Assembly (NCBI GenBank): GCA_913053845.1
Contig: CAJXGD010000007.1
Coordinates: forward strand, 382-64,381
Direction: 5' to 3'
Length of the DNA: 64,000 nucleotides
Origin: an uncultured bacterium
GTDB lineage: Bacteria; Bipolaricaulota; Bipolaricaulia; RBG-16-55-9; DRJF01
The translations under genes were made by a program, and so were the position numbers. The notes beneath the pieces were generated by a model. It made no database searches, was not told the origin of the DNA, and saw only the letters and a program-made list of their open reading frames with translations. Of this stretch, positions 49,823 through 58,514 are shown piece after piece. The first letter of the stretch is position 1; every line of letters starts with the position of its first letter.

Positions 49823-51151
49823 TCAATCTTGACCTGCTGATCTGGCGTTCGCGACAGCTTCCAGTCCAGAGTGGAAAGCCAACTCTAACTCCTCAAGCAC
49901 ATGTTCATCATGCGCCAGGGAGATGGCCTGGTGTGACAGAGGATTTGAGCCAACCAGTATTCCACAGTTGGCAAGCGCAGCTACAAAGGTAGCATACAGG
50001 CGCGCGTCAGTGGTAGCCGCAGAGCGGTAGTCGCGGATGGAGACAGCGGTAAAGTACCACTGTAGATGGCCACCACCACCACAGAGCTGGGCCCCAATTC
50101 CTAGGGGTTCCGCTGCTTCGGCAAACGCGCGCCGTAAGCGCTCGGTGCGTACCGCTAGAGTCCGTTGCAAGGAACCATCGGCCAAGAGAGGCAAGGTAGC
50201 TGATGCGGCCGCCACCGATACCGCATGACCGTTAAATGTACCCACGAAGGCTGGTCCATTACCAGGTTCAGTCAGCCGCATGAGCTCTTCGCACCCGGCT
50301 AGAGCTGCTATGGGATAGCCGTTTGCCAGAGCTTTCCCGTATGTAGCCAGATCAGGTACGACGTCGTAGTATTCTTGTGCACCGCCTGGCGCGAGGCGAA
50401 AACCGGTGAGGAGCTCGTCGAAGATCAGCACGATGCCATGTTTTGTACAGATCTGTCGCAGGGCGCGCAAGTACTCACCCGTTGCAGGTATGTAGCCAAT
50501 GTCAATCAACACCGGTTCTACGATCACAGCCGCTAGCTCATGCGCGTGTTCTTCAATCAGTGCACGCGTCCGAGCGATATCGTTGAAAGGCAGCACCAGA
50601 ACGCTGTTCACCGCATCCGGATGCAGTCCTGCCGAACCAGCCAGCGAAATGGGTGCGTCCAGGGAGCCAAGGCAGTTCACATCTGGCCAGGCGCTTACGA
50701 ATACCTCATCTGACCAACCGTGATACGACCCCTCCGCTTTCGCCACGCCCACTCGGCCTGTCGCATAACGTGCGACGTGCAAGGCGTGCATCATAGCCTC
50801 TGTACCTGTATTGCTAAAGCGCACCAGGTCCATCGTCCGTACGATGCGCAAGAACTGCTCGGCCACCTCTACCGCACCCTCCCATTCAACCCCAATGGTG
50901 AGGCCAGTATCAAGCACTCGCGCCACGGCATCTTGGACGCGCGAGTCACCGTGCCCCAAAATGACAGCACCGTTGCCCATGATAAGGTCGAGATAACGGT
51001 TGCCGTCCACATCCCAAACCTCCGCGCCGCGGGCCCGCCGGAAGTAGTAAGGATAAGGTTTGCGCGCGCGTGTGTTCGAATTGACACCGGCGGGTATCAC
51101 CTGATAGGCGCGTTTATGAAGCTCCGCCGATTTCTCTGTGTTAAAGGGCAT
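49823..51151 (-). CDS. Class-III aminotransferase (glutamate-1-semialdehyde aminomutase-like)
   Basis: 442 aa. Blocks VIPAGVNSNTRA, GNGAVILGHGD and IFDELLTGFRLAPGG. Confidence 0.85.
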   Translation of the reverse strand: MPFNTEKSAELHKRAYQVIPAGVNSNTRARKPYPYYFRRARGAEVWDVDGNRYLDLIMGNGAVILGHGDSRVQDAVARVLDTGLTIGVEWEGAVEVAEQFLRIVRTMDLVRFSNTGTEAMMHALHVARYATGRVGVAKAEGSYHGWSDEVFVSAWPDVNCLGSLDAPISLAGSAGLHPDAVNSVLVLPFNDIARTRALIEEHAHELAAVIVEPVLIDIGYIPATGEYLRALRQICTKHGIVLIFDELLTGFRLAPGGAQEYYDVVPDLATYGKALANGYPIAALAGCEELMRLTEPGNGPAFVGTFNGHAVSVAAASATLPLLADGSLQRTLAVRTERLRRAFAEAAEPLGIGAQLCGGGGHLQWYFTAVSIRDYRSAATTDARLYATFVAALANCGILVGSNPLSHQAISLAHDEHVLEELELAFHSGLEAVANARSAGQD

Positions 51152-52412
51152 CTCTGCTGAGAACCTCCTCGAGAAGTTTTAATGAGCGTGGTGAGTGCTG
51201 CTCACGATATAGGAGATCGAAAAACGACCTCCGCCGCTGTGCAGGAACGTTGTGGTACGCGCGGCCGACGATGCGCTCTCCCCAGGCGTAGGCGAAGATG
51301 AAGGGGCGACGTAACCGGTAACTCAAGAAACTCAGGCGTTGTTCCACCCACGACGGGTCAGCGGCCGACTCGTCCTGCAGATGGACACGCGCCAGGTGGG
51401 CAGGCTGACTCGCAGCCAGACGCAAGGCAGCGTGGCAGGTTGCCATCGCACGCACGCGCGATATAGCCGAAGCTAGCTTATCATCGTTATCTATGTCCCA
51501 ACAGAAGGAGAGTCCGTTGTCACCAATACCCTCAAAAATAGGACTCGTAGGTGTATCTGTCACAACGAGTAGCGCATCCTCACCTGCTTCTCTGGAGGCG
51601 ACCGCCGCTTCACGCACCGCAATGTGGGTCAGGTGACCAGGATACGCCTCGTGCGCTACGAGGTGGCGTAGTGCAGGCAACGTATAGGGTTGGTCCAGGT
51701 TGACGTACATCCGGCAACCTTCATAGTCACAGTAAGCGCTGTAGGGTACACCATGTACGGCAACGGGATGGATTGTCCTCCGCGTTGGTATGCGGAAGAG
51801 TCGCTCTTCAACGCGCTCGCGGGCGTCTGCCAGCAGGCGGTTCAAGGTCGCGACTACGTCCTCACGCGGCACATGCCGCTCGGTCTCCCAGGATCTGAGC
51901 GCTTTTGCCAGTGGACCATCGTAGCCGGCCTCATGTAAACGCACGCGCAGCTCGGTGCGCACAGCTTCCCACTCAGATTCGGCAAAGGGCAGACGTTCAA
52001 GGCCCAGGAGTCGTGAGCCCAAACGCGCAAAAGCCTTCCCCTCTAGGTGATGTCCCCCACTTTGCTGCCAGGCGATGAATTCCAAAATCGATGTCGCTAA
52101 GTCCTCATAGTAGGCACAGCGCACCTTGTCCACAAGTGCACCCGCAGCACTCCTCAGATCGCCCCAATGGCGGTCGGCTTCGCTCCAATCCTCATATGCT
52201 ACGGGTTTCACCTGCGAGAGATTGATGGCCACAAGCCCCTCACTGGCCAGGCTGTCATCCTTGCCCCCAACCGACGGACTTGCCCCTTTCAGTGGAACCT
52301 CAGCGACCGTTCCCTCACGGTGGCGCAGCGCGCGCCGGTACAGCCCGTCGACGCCCAGAATCGCCGAGGTGACCTCAACGCTGTATTCCCACAGACGAGC
52401 GTTCATGCTCAT
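51141..52412 (-). CDS. DUF885-like putative metallohydrolase
   Basis: 423 aa. HEAYPGH (in LVAHEAYPGHLTHIA) resembles the HE..PGH motif I recall for DUF885. This is motif-level evidence only. Confidence 0.4.
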   Translation of the reverse strand: MSMNARLWEYSVEVTSAILGVDGLYRRALRHREGTVAEVPLKGASPSVGGKDDSLASEGLVAINLSQVKPVAYEDWSEADRHWGDLRSAAGALVDKVRCAYYEDLATSILEFIAWQQSGGHHLEGKAFARLGSRLLGLERLPFAESEWEAVRTELRVRLHEAGYDGPLAKALRSWETERHVPREDVVATLNRLLADARERVEERLFRIPTRRTIHPVAVHGVPYSAYCDYEGCRMYVNLDQPYTLPALRHLVAHEAYPGHLTHIAVREAAVASREAGEDALLVVTDTPTSPIFEGIGDNGLSFCWDIDNDDKLASAISRVRAMATCHAALRLAASQPAHLARVHLQDESAADPSWVEQRLSFLSYRLRRPFIFAYAWGERIVGRAYHNVPAQRRRSFFDLLYREQHSPRSLKLLEEVLSRDAL

Positions 52413-52428
52413 GATGTCTCCATGCTGC

Positions 52429-53364
52429 TTATCTGCCTTCGCCGCTCTCTAGGTTACCAATCATGTATCCGTAGTCTCCTGGCCCAACCACGTCCGTAGT
52501 CAGATGAGAGAGGATCATGATCCCGCGCCCAAGGGGGTTCCGGACTACCTCTAACTCTTCGAACGTATATGGGCTTAACACTCGGCCAAGGATCTCCCCA
52601 CCGGCAACCTCTTGCCCTAGCGAAGGTGCTGCTGTCTCCAAGAGCCCACCCATGTGCGGGCGTACTGTAACAATCTCATTGATGACCACTTGCTCCGGTA
52701 TCTCGAGCGGAACTCCCTCGACTACATTTAAAGCCCTTAAGATGTTCATAATACCCTCCACACCGCGCGCCACATACGGCCTCTGATCTACCTGACCTCC
52801 ACCAAGCTCGACGACGACGGTGGGAGTCCCACGTTCCGCGGTGATAGTGGTCGCAGTGCCGCGAAACATAGTTCCGCTCAACCCCTGATGGGGGCGGTAG
52901 AGGACCCGAGAACCGAAGCTTCGGGAGAGGTTTTCCGCGTTCAGAATATAGACATAGTCCACCGTTTGGCAGGCACCACCGGAGTGGAGGTCAATCAGGA
53001 TGTCAACCTTGGTAAGGAAGGCCTCCGTGATCACAGTGGCCAACTGCTCGGTGAGCCAACCTTCCCTGTTCCCCGGGAAGACGCGATTCAGGTTGAGGGC
53101 GTCGAGTGGCGTGCTGCGCTTCATCGCTTCGAAGCCAAGCGGATTGGCCACCGGTAGGAGCAGTAACCGGCCGCGAAATGCCCTGTTAGCAAGTCGACGC
53201 GCCAACTGCAAGACAATGCGAGTACCAGTAGGTTCGTCACCATGGATAGCCGCGCAGATGCCCACTGTAGGCCCGTCTCCGTGTGTCCCTCCTAACTCGT
53301 GGAGGTAAACGGCTAACTCACCACCGTTCGCCAGGGTAGTCAAAGAAATGCGCCGTACATTCAT
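52429..53364 (-). CDS. Succinylglutamate desuccinylase / aspartoacylase (AstE/AspA)-family zinc deacylase
   Basis: 311 aa. It has the zinc-ligand block IHGDEPTG and a downstream DLHSGG. Confidence 0.75.
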   Translation of the reverse strand: MNVRRISLTTLANGGELAVYLHELGGTHGDGPTVGICAAIHGDEPTGTRIVLQLARRLANRAFRGRLLLLPVANPLGFEAMKRSTPLDALNLNRVFPGNREGWLTEQLATVITEAFLTKVDILIDLHSGGACQTVDYVYILNAENLSRSFGSRVLYRPHQGLSGTMFRGTATTITAERGTPTVVVELGGGQVDQRPYVARGVEGIMNILRALNVVEGVPLEIPEQVVINEIVTVRPHMGGLLETAAPSLGQEVAGGEILGRVLSPYTFEELEVVRNPLGRGIMILSHLTTDVVGPGDYGYMIGNLESGEGR

Positions 53365-53422
53365 CGATGTCCTCCTTTAGAAATGAGCTTCTCTGCCCTA
53401 TGCTATGCCTTCCAATAGCAAC

Positions 53423-54244
53423 CTAACGTGAGATCCCTCGAGGGTCGAGGAGGTCGCGTAACCCGTCACCAAACAGATTAAAGCCCAATACCGTAATCAT
53501 TATGGCCAAACCAGGGAAGATCGATAAGTACGGGTCAACGCGCAAATAGCGCATCCCATACGCTAGTGTCCACCCCCAACTGGGCGCAGGAGGCTGCACG
53601 CCGAAACCCAAGAAACTTAGGGCCGATTCCGCAACAATTGCCGTGCCCAGTCCTAGGGTCGCCAGTACGATCACCGGTCCCAAGCTATTGGGCAGAAGAT
53701 GATGGGAAAGGATACGCCAACTCGAAGCTCCGATCGCGCGCGCCGCCTCCACGTAATCTCGTTCACGCTCAGCCAGGGCGATGGATCGCACGACACGCAC
53801 ATACTGCGTCCAGAATACGGCGATCAACGCGATCGTGACATTCACCGGTCCTGAACCGAGGACAGCTACCAAAGTGAGTGCCAAGATGATCACTGGAAAT
53901 CCTAGAAACACATCGACGACGCGCATAAAAAGAAGGTCGAGCCAACCGCCGAAGTAAGCCACGGAAAGACCGATCAACGTGCCTAAAGTGGCCGAAACAC
54001 CGACTGAAGACAGAGCGATTAGCAGAGACAGGCGCGATCCAAAAGCAATTCGTGTCCAGAGGTCGCGACCGAAGTTGTCCGTTCCCATCCAGTGCTCAGA
54101 GTCAGGTGGAGCCAAACGGTGAGCCATATTCATTTCATTCAGCGGAAAACTCACCAACCAGGAGGCAAACACAGCCACGAACAGGATAGCAAAGATGATG
54201 AGAGCACCTAGCACTAGAGAGCGGTTCCGCAGTACTCTATGCAT
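53423..54244 (-). CDS. ABC peptide/opine-type permease (DppC/OppC-like)
   Basis: 273 aa with 6 TM helices. EAA-loop region DYVEAARAIGASSWRIL. Confidence 0.85.
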   Translation of the reverse strand: MHRVLRNRSLVLGALIIFAILFVAVFASWLVSFPLNEMNMAHRLAPPDSEHWMGTDNFGRDLWTRIAFGSRLSLLIALSSVGVSATLGTLIGLSVAYFGGWLDLLFMRVVDVFLGFPVIILALTLVAVLGSGPVNVTIALIAVFWTQYVRVVRSIALAERERDYVEAARAIGASSWRILSHHLLPNSLGPVIVLATLGLGTAIVAESALSFLGFGVQPPAPSWGWTLAYGMRYLRVDPYLSIFPGLAIMITVLGFNLFGDGLRDLLDPRGISR

Positions 54245-54258
54245 GTTCTACCTCATTA

Positions 54259-55239
54259 TTAATCAAACCGGATGCGTGGATCAATTAGGGCGTAAAGGAG
54301 ATCCACTGCCAGGTTCACTAGCGAAAAGAGAAGGGCAATGACCAGCACCGTACCTTGCAGGAGCGGGTAGTCGCGCTGAGAAATCGCCCCTACGGCCAAC
54401 CGACCTACACCCGGCCAGCTGAATATGGTTTCTGTCAACACCGCCCCACCCAAAAGGGTGCCGAACTGCAGACCTATCACGCTGATGATCGGCAGAAACG
54501 CATTTCGTAGGGTGTGGTGGTAAACCACTTTCCAACCTGTTAATCCCTTGGCTAATGCTGTTCGTATGTAATCCTCGTGTAGCACGTCGAGCATCGAGGA
54601 ACGTGTAATGCGGCTGATAAACGCGGCTCCGTTCAGTCCTAAGGCAAAAGCTGGCATCGCTAAGTGACGTAAACTGTCAACCAGCACTTGAGGATGTCCC
54701 GAAAGTGCCGCTGCAATCGCCTGCAGAAGTGGCGCACCGCGACCGAAGGCAGGCAACCAGCCCAGCAGCACGGCGAACCAGAACATCAGGAGAATACCGA
54801 GCCAAAAGACTGGCATAGAAACCCCAAGCTGAGCGAAGACCATGTTCGCCATGTCGATGACGGACCCCTGTCGCACTGCGGCCACAATACCCAGGGGCAA
54901 TCCAATGACAATGGCCAGGAAGAGTGCTGTGACTGTCAGCTCTACCGTAGCAGATAGGTGAACGAGCACGATCTGGCTGACCGGATCATGTTGAAAGATC
55001 GACCTCCCAAGGTCTCCCACCGCCAGATGAGCGATGTAGATTCCCAGTTGCACGATGAGCGGCCGATCGAGCCCCAAAGCATGATGCATCTGCGCTATCG
55101 CCTGTGGCGTGGCATCCTGACCTAGAAGCACAACAGCCGGGTCTCCAGGTATAAGACGCATAAGCCCAAAGAGGATGACCACGATGCCAAGCATCATGGG
55201 AATCAGTAAGAGAACACGACGAATCACATAAGAGAGCAT
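54259..55239 (-). CDS. ABC peptide/opine-type permease (DppB/OppB-like)
   Basis: Start MLSYVIRRVLLLIPM at 55239, with EDYIRTALAKGL. Confidence 0.85.
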   Translation of the reverse strand: MLSYVIRRVLLLIPMMLGIVVILFGLMRLIPGDPAVVLLGQDATPQAIAQMHHALGLDRPLIVQLGIYIAHLAVGDLGRSIFQHDPVSQIVLVHLSATVELTVTALFLAIVIGLPLGIVAAVRQGSVIDMANMVFAQLGVSMPVFWLGILLMFWFAVLLGWLPAFGRGAPLLQAIAAALSGHPQVLVDSLRHLAMPAFALGLNGAAFISRITRSSMLDVLHEDYIRTALAKGLTGWKVVYHHTLRNAFLPIISVIGLQFGTLLGGAVLTETIFSWPGVGRLAVGAISQRDYPLLQGTVLVIALLFSLVNLAVDLLYALIDPRIRFD

Positions 55240-55332
55240 GTTAACTCCCTTGACAAAACATGGACATCCAGATTTGGGGGCGCAATCCAACTGCGCCCCC
55301 AAATCTGATCTCGACTAGAGGGGTCACTGGCG

Positions 55333-56907
55333 TTATGGGCCACCCAGTGAAGCGTGCACCAAACTGCGAAGCATGCCGAGCGAGTTGGGCACAAAGCCCT
55401 TGAGGGCCGTAGTGTAAATGACCTGATAGCCCTGGTAAGTGAGGATATAATACGGCACTTCCTCCGCGATGATCTTAGCCGCTTCCCGGTACGCCTTTGC
55501 ACGTTCGTCCTGGCTCGACGCGGTCCGGCCCTTGTCAAGTAGTTGATCCACTTGCGGATTACTGTAGCCGCCCCAGTTGAATCCGCCGCCGGTATGTAAC
55601 TGATTGTACATGGCACGGTCGGGATCAACCAGGTTGAGCCAACCTAACAGAGCAATCTGATACTTGCCATCCTGCACATTCGCGATGAAGGAGGGCCAGT
55701 CAGAGATGTTGACCGTGGAGTCAATGCCGTTTTGTTTGAAGATATTTTGCAGGTACTCCACGACCTGTATACGGTTTGGGTCCTCGCTATGGGTGCTGAG
55801 GACGATGGAGAGTTTCTTCCCATTCTTGTCGAGGATGCCATCGCCGTTCGTGTCTTTCCAACCCTCTTGAGCCAGCAACGCCTTCGCCCGCTGTGGATCG
55901 TAAGACGGTTGCTTAATCGTATCCGTGTAGGCCCAAGAACCTGGCAACAGGATGGACGTAGCTGCTTTATCGATGCCTTGGTAGATCTGATCGACAATCG
56001 TCTTTTGATCAACCAGCATAGCGAGCGCTTGACGTACTTTGACGTCGCTCAGTATCGGGTCTTTCGTATTGAAGTTTAGGTATGTGTAGCCGGTCCCTGT
56101 CATCTGCACGGTGGTAAAGCGCTTATCTTTTGCCAAGCGCTTTACGTCCTGCGGCGAAAGCGGGGACTGAATCAGATCGAGGTCGCCCGCCTCGAGCGCC
56201 TGAGCACGCGCGGTGTTATCCGGCACCACATCCACCTCGATCTTCTTGATGAACTGGGGCTCGCCTCCCCAGAAGTCAGGATTGGCCTCCAATACGATCT
56301 TGCTGGCTTTGTCCCACCTGACAAGCTTGAACGGTCCGCTACCAATGGGGTGAGAACCGAAATTCTGCCCCTCCTTCTCTGCAACGTGCTTGGGCACGAT
56401 GCCTAGATCCAAGTAACTGAGTAGCGGTGCATACGGCTGCTTTAATGTGAACTTAACCGTGTGTGCGTCTATCGCTTCGACCTTTTCGATGGGGGTGTAC
56501 AGCCCACGATGTGGTGCTCCGAAGTTCGGGTCCAGCATCGTCTGGAAGGTGTATACCACGTCTTCCGCCGTAACCGGTGTGCCATCCTGGAATTTTACCC
56601 CACTGCGTAGCTGAAAGATCCATGTTTTCGGGTCTGGATTTTTCCAGCTAACAGCCAAGTCAGGCTGGGGTTGAAGTTTAGCATCGAGCTGCACCAGACC
56701 ATCGTAAATCAGGTTCGTAACACGGTAAGCGGTAGTGTCCTGCTCCAAGCGTGGGTCAAGCGTACCAGCGTCCACGTCCGTGCCGACGCGCAGAACGCTC
56801 ACCTCAGCCTGCTGAGCCTGGGCAGGTGTAACCCAATCGCCAGCTGTTAGGCCTGCTATGAACGCAATCAATCCCAACACCGCAACTAGCTTGACTAACC
56901 TTTTCAC
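55333..56907 (-). CDS. ABC substrate-binding protein, family 5 (DppA/OppA-like)
   Basis: 524 aa. Signal peptide MKRLVKLVAVLGLIAFIAGLTAG. SBP_bac_5-like body (LDPRLEQDTTAYRVTNLIYDGLV). Confidence 0.85.
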   Translation of the reverse strand: MKRLVKLVAVLGLIAFIAGLTAGDWVTPAQAQQAEVSVLRVGTDVDAGTLDPRLEQDTTAYRVTNLIYDGLVQLDAKLQPQPDLAVSWKNPDPKTWIFQLRSGVKFQDGTPVTAEDVVYTFQTMLDPNFGAPHRGLYTPIEKVEAIDAHTVKFTLKQPYAPLLSYLDLGIVPKHVAEKEGQNFGSHPIGSGPFKLVRWDKASKIVLEANPDFWGGEPQFIKKIEVDVVPDNTARAQALEAGDLDLIQSPLSPQDVKRLAKDKRFTTVQMTGTGYTYLNFNTKDPILSDVKVRQALAMLVDQKTIVDQIYQGIDKAATSILLPGSWAYTDTIKQPSYDPQRAKALLAQEGWKDTNGDGILDKNGKKLSIVLSTHSEDPNRIQVVEYLQNIFKQNGIDSTVNISDWPSFIANVQDGKYQIALLGWLNLVDPDRAMYNQLHTGGGFNWGGYSNPQVDQLLDKGRTASSQDERAKAYREAAKIIAEEVPYYILTYQGYQVIYTTALKGFVPNSLGMLRSLVHASLGGP

Positions 56908-57034
56908 GCTATACCTCCTTTAGGATACTTTAAGATGCTCCCGACTTATATCGCTTATCACCCTCCTGACAGATCACCTCCTTCCTATTCTAGCTCGCCA
57001 GCTACACCGATAACCGATAGAAGTGTTCTGGTTA

Positions 57035-57063
57035 AGTATAACACTTGCAAGGTATTTTGTCAA
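57035..57063 (-). promoter_or_regulatory. Near-consensus promoter for the SBP-permease-enzyme operon
   Basis: On the minus strand: TTGACA (57063-57058), a 17-nt spacer and TATACT (57040-57035). The inverted repeat ACTTG (57043-57047) / CAAGT (57061-57065) overlaps the spacer and the -35. Confidence 0.55.
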
Positions 57064-57176
57064 GTAGGTGTCTCTTTCCCCTCTTACAAAGCCAATATTC
57101 CAGCATCAGTTATGGCTACTCTAACACCGTCTGCTCTATAGGAGTGGCGGAGACAAGTGGAGCTGGCACCCAAAAC

Positions 57177-57206
57177 TTGAAAACCCAATAGGCTTAGTGT
57201 TATAAT
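57177..57206 (+). promoter_or_regulatory. Putative promoter for the GntR-family gene
   Basis: TTGAAA (57177-57182), an 18-nt spacer and TATAAT (57201-57206). Confidence 0.4.
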
Positions 57207-57253
57207 TGAGTGTAATGTTGAGGCGTTACAGTCTAGATAAGTGCGCAGGATGA

Positions 57254-58279
57254 TTGGACACGGTGGGGGCAACCCCGAAAAGTGCAACTATGAGTTCCCC
57301 TTTAAGATTAAGCATGACCGTTGATCACGATAGCAATACCCCACCCAGTCTACAAATAAAGGCTCAGATCGAGTACAGCATAGCCTGCAGTGAGCTTCAA
57401 CCGGGAACGCAGTTACCCTCGGTACGTGAGCTCGCTACTCAGTTGGGGGTCGCACCGGTAACCGTCTTCCAAGCGTATCAACGGCTAAAGGAAGAGAGAC
57501 TTATTGCATCCCAATCTGGACGAGGTACCTTCGTAGTACGAAAACCAGGTATTTACATTGAACCGAAACAGATACAGCACTTCGAAGTCTTAATAGATAC
57601 TCTTATCATGGAAGCTCAGAGCCTAGGGTTCAATATCTTGCAACTTCAGGAGCAAATTGCCACTCACTGGAGGGTGTCCTTGCAAGAGAATCATAAGCTC
57701 AAGGTGGCCGTCATAGGGATATTCCAAGAGCCCACCCGTTCCTACGCCAATGATCTAAACCGGATGATTGGTAACCTGGCTGAGTTAGGGGTATTTACCA
57801 TTGACGACATCGAGCAAGATCCTGCAGAGCGCAACAGGTTGCAATCATTTGACCTGCTCGTTACCTTCCCACATTACGTACTCAAGCTCAAGCAGCTGGT
57901 AGGTGCCCAAGTCCCGGTGACCGATCTCCACTTCATCCCGAGCGAACACACACGTACCTCACTGGCTAAGTTGGTCTCCCAAACGCGCTTGCTCGGTGTT
58001 GCAATCTTCCCGGAATTCCTGACTCTACTCAAGTTAGGCATCGAACGCTTCGCTCCCCACGTCCGTCATACTCGCTACGCCGTGCTTGGTGATCCGAAGG
58101 TCAAAGAGCTGGTCCGGCAGTGTCAAGTAGTGGTCTATGCGACAGGGGCAGAAAGTGTGCGAAAGTTATTGGGGGGGGAAGTGCAGCAAAGCTTTGAGTA
58201 TCGGCATGTTCCGGATTCTGCGTTCGTAGAAGAGTATCTGCTGCCGCTCATCCGCTCCATATCCATGCGAACGGGTTGA
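57254..58279 (+). CDS. GntR-family transcriptional regulator with a large C-terminal effector domain
   Basis: Winged helix LPSVRELATQLGVAPVTVFQAYQRLKEERLIASQSGRGTFV. The C-terminal domain of about 240 aa is of unrecognised type. The start is uncertain (alternatives at Met13 and Met21). Confidence 0.75.
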   Translation: MDTVGATPKSATMSSPLRLSMTVDHDSNTPPSLQIKAQIEYSIACSELQPGTQLPSVRELATQLGVAPVTVFQAYQRLKEERLIASQSGRGTFVVRKPGIYIEPKQIQHFEVLIDTLIMEAQSLGFNILQLQEQIATHWRVSLQENHKLKVAVIGIFQEPTRSYANDLNRMIGNLAELGVFTIDDIEQDPAERNRLQSFDLLVTFPHYVLKLKQLVGAQVPVTDLHFIPSEHTRTSLAKLVSQTRLLGVAIFPEFLTLLKLGIERFAPHVRHTRYAVLGDPKVKELVRQCQVVVYATGAESVRKLLGGEVQQSFEYRHVPDSAFVEEYLLPLIRSISMRTG

Positions 58280-58314
58280 AGAGTCTCATTATAGGGTGAA
58301 CCTAAGACTTCTAG

Positions 58315-58386
58315 TGGGCCGTGAGGGGATCGAACCCACGACACCCCGCTTAAAAGGCGGGTGCTCTACCACTGAGCTAACGGCCC
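58315..58386 (-). tRNA. tRNA-Lys (anticodon UUU)
   Basis: Folded by hand: GGGCCGT/ACGGCCC acceptor, GCTC/GAGC D stem, CCCGC-CTTTTAA-GCGGG anticodon arm, and T arm GTGGG-TTCGATC-CCCTC with one U-U mismatch. CCA is not encoded. Confidence 0.85.
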
Positions 58387-58446
58387 AGGCCTAATTATAG
58401 CACAACCCCGGCCGGCAAGACAAAGAGCTGGATAGACAGGCCCTCT

Positions 58447-58476
58447 TTGCCAAGTGGTCGCCGCTTGGCGTATACT
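58447..58476 (+). promoter_or_regulatory. Putative promoter for the LeuA-like gene
   Basis: TTGCCA (58447-58452), an 18-nt spacer and TATACT (58471-58476). Confidence 0.4.
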
Positions 58477-58514
58477 GGCCGCGAATGCCTTCATCATAAA
58501 GGAGAGGTGTCAGT

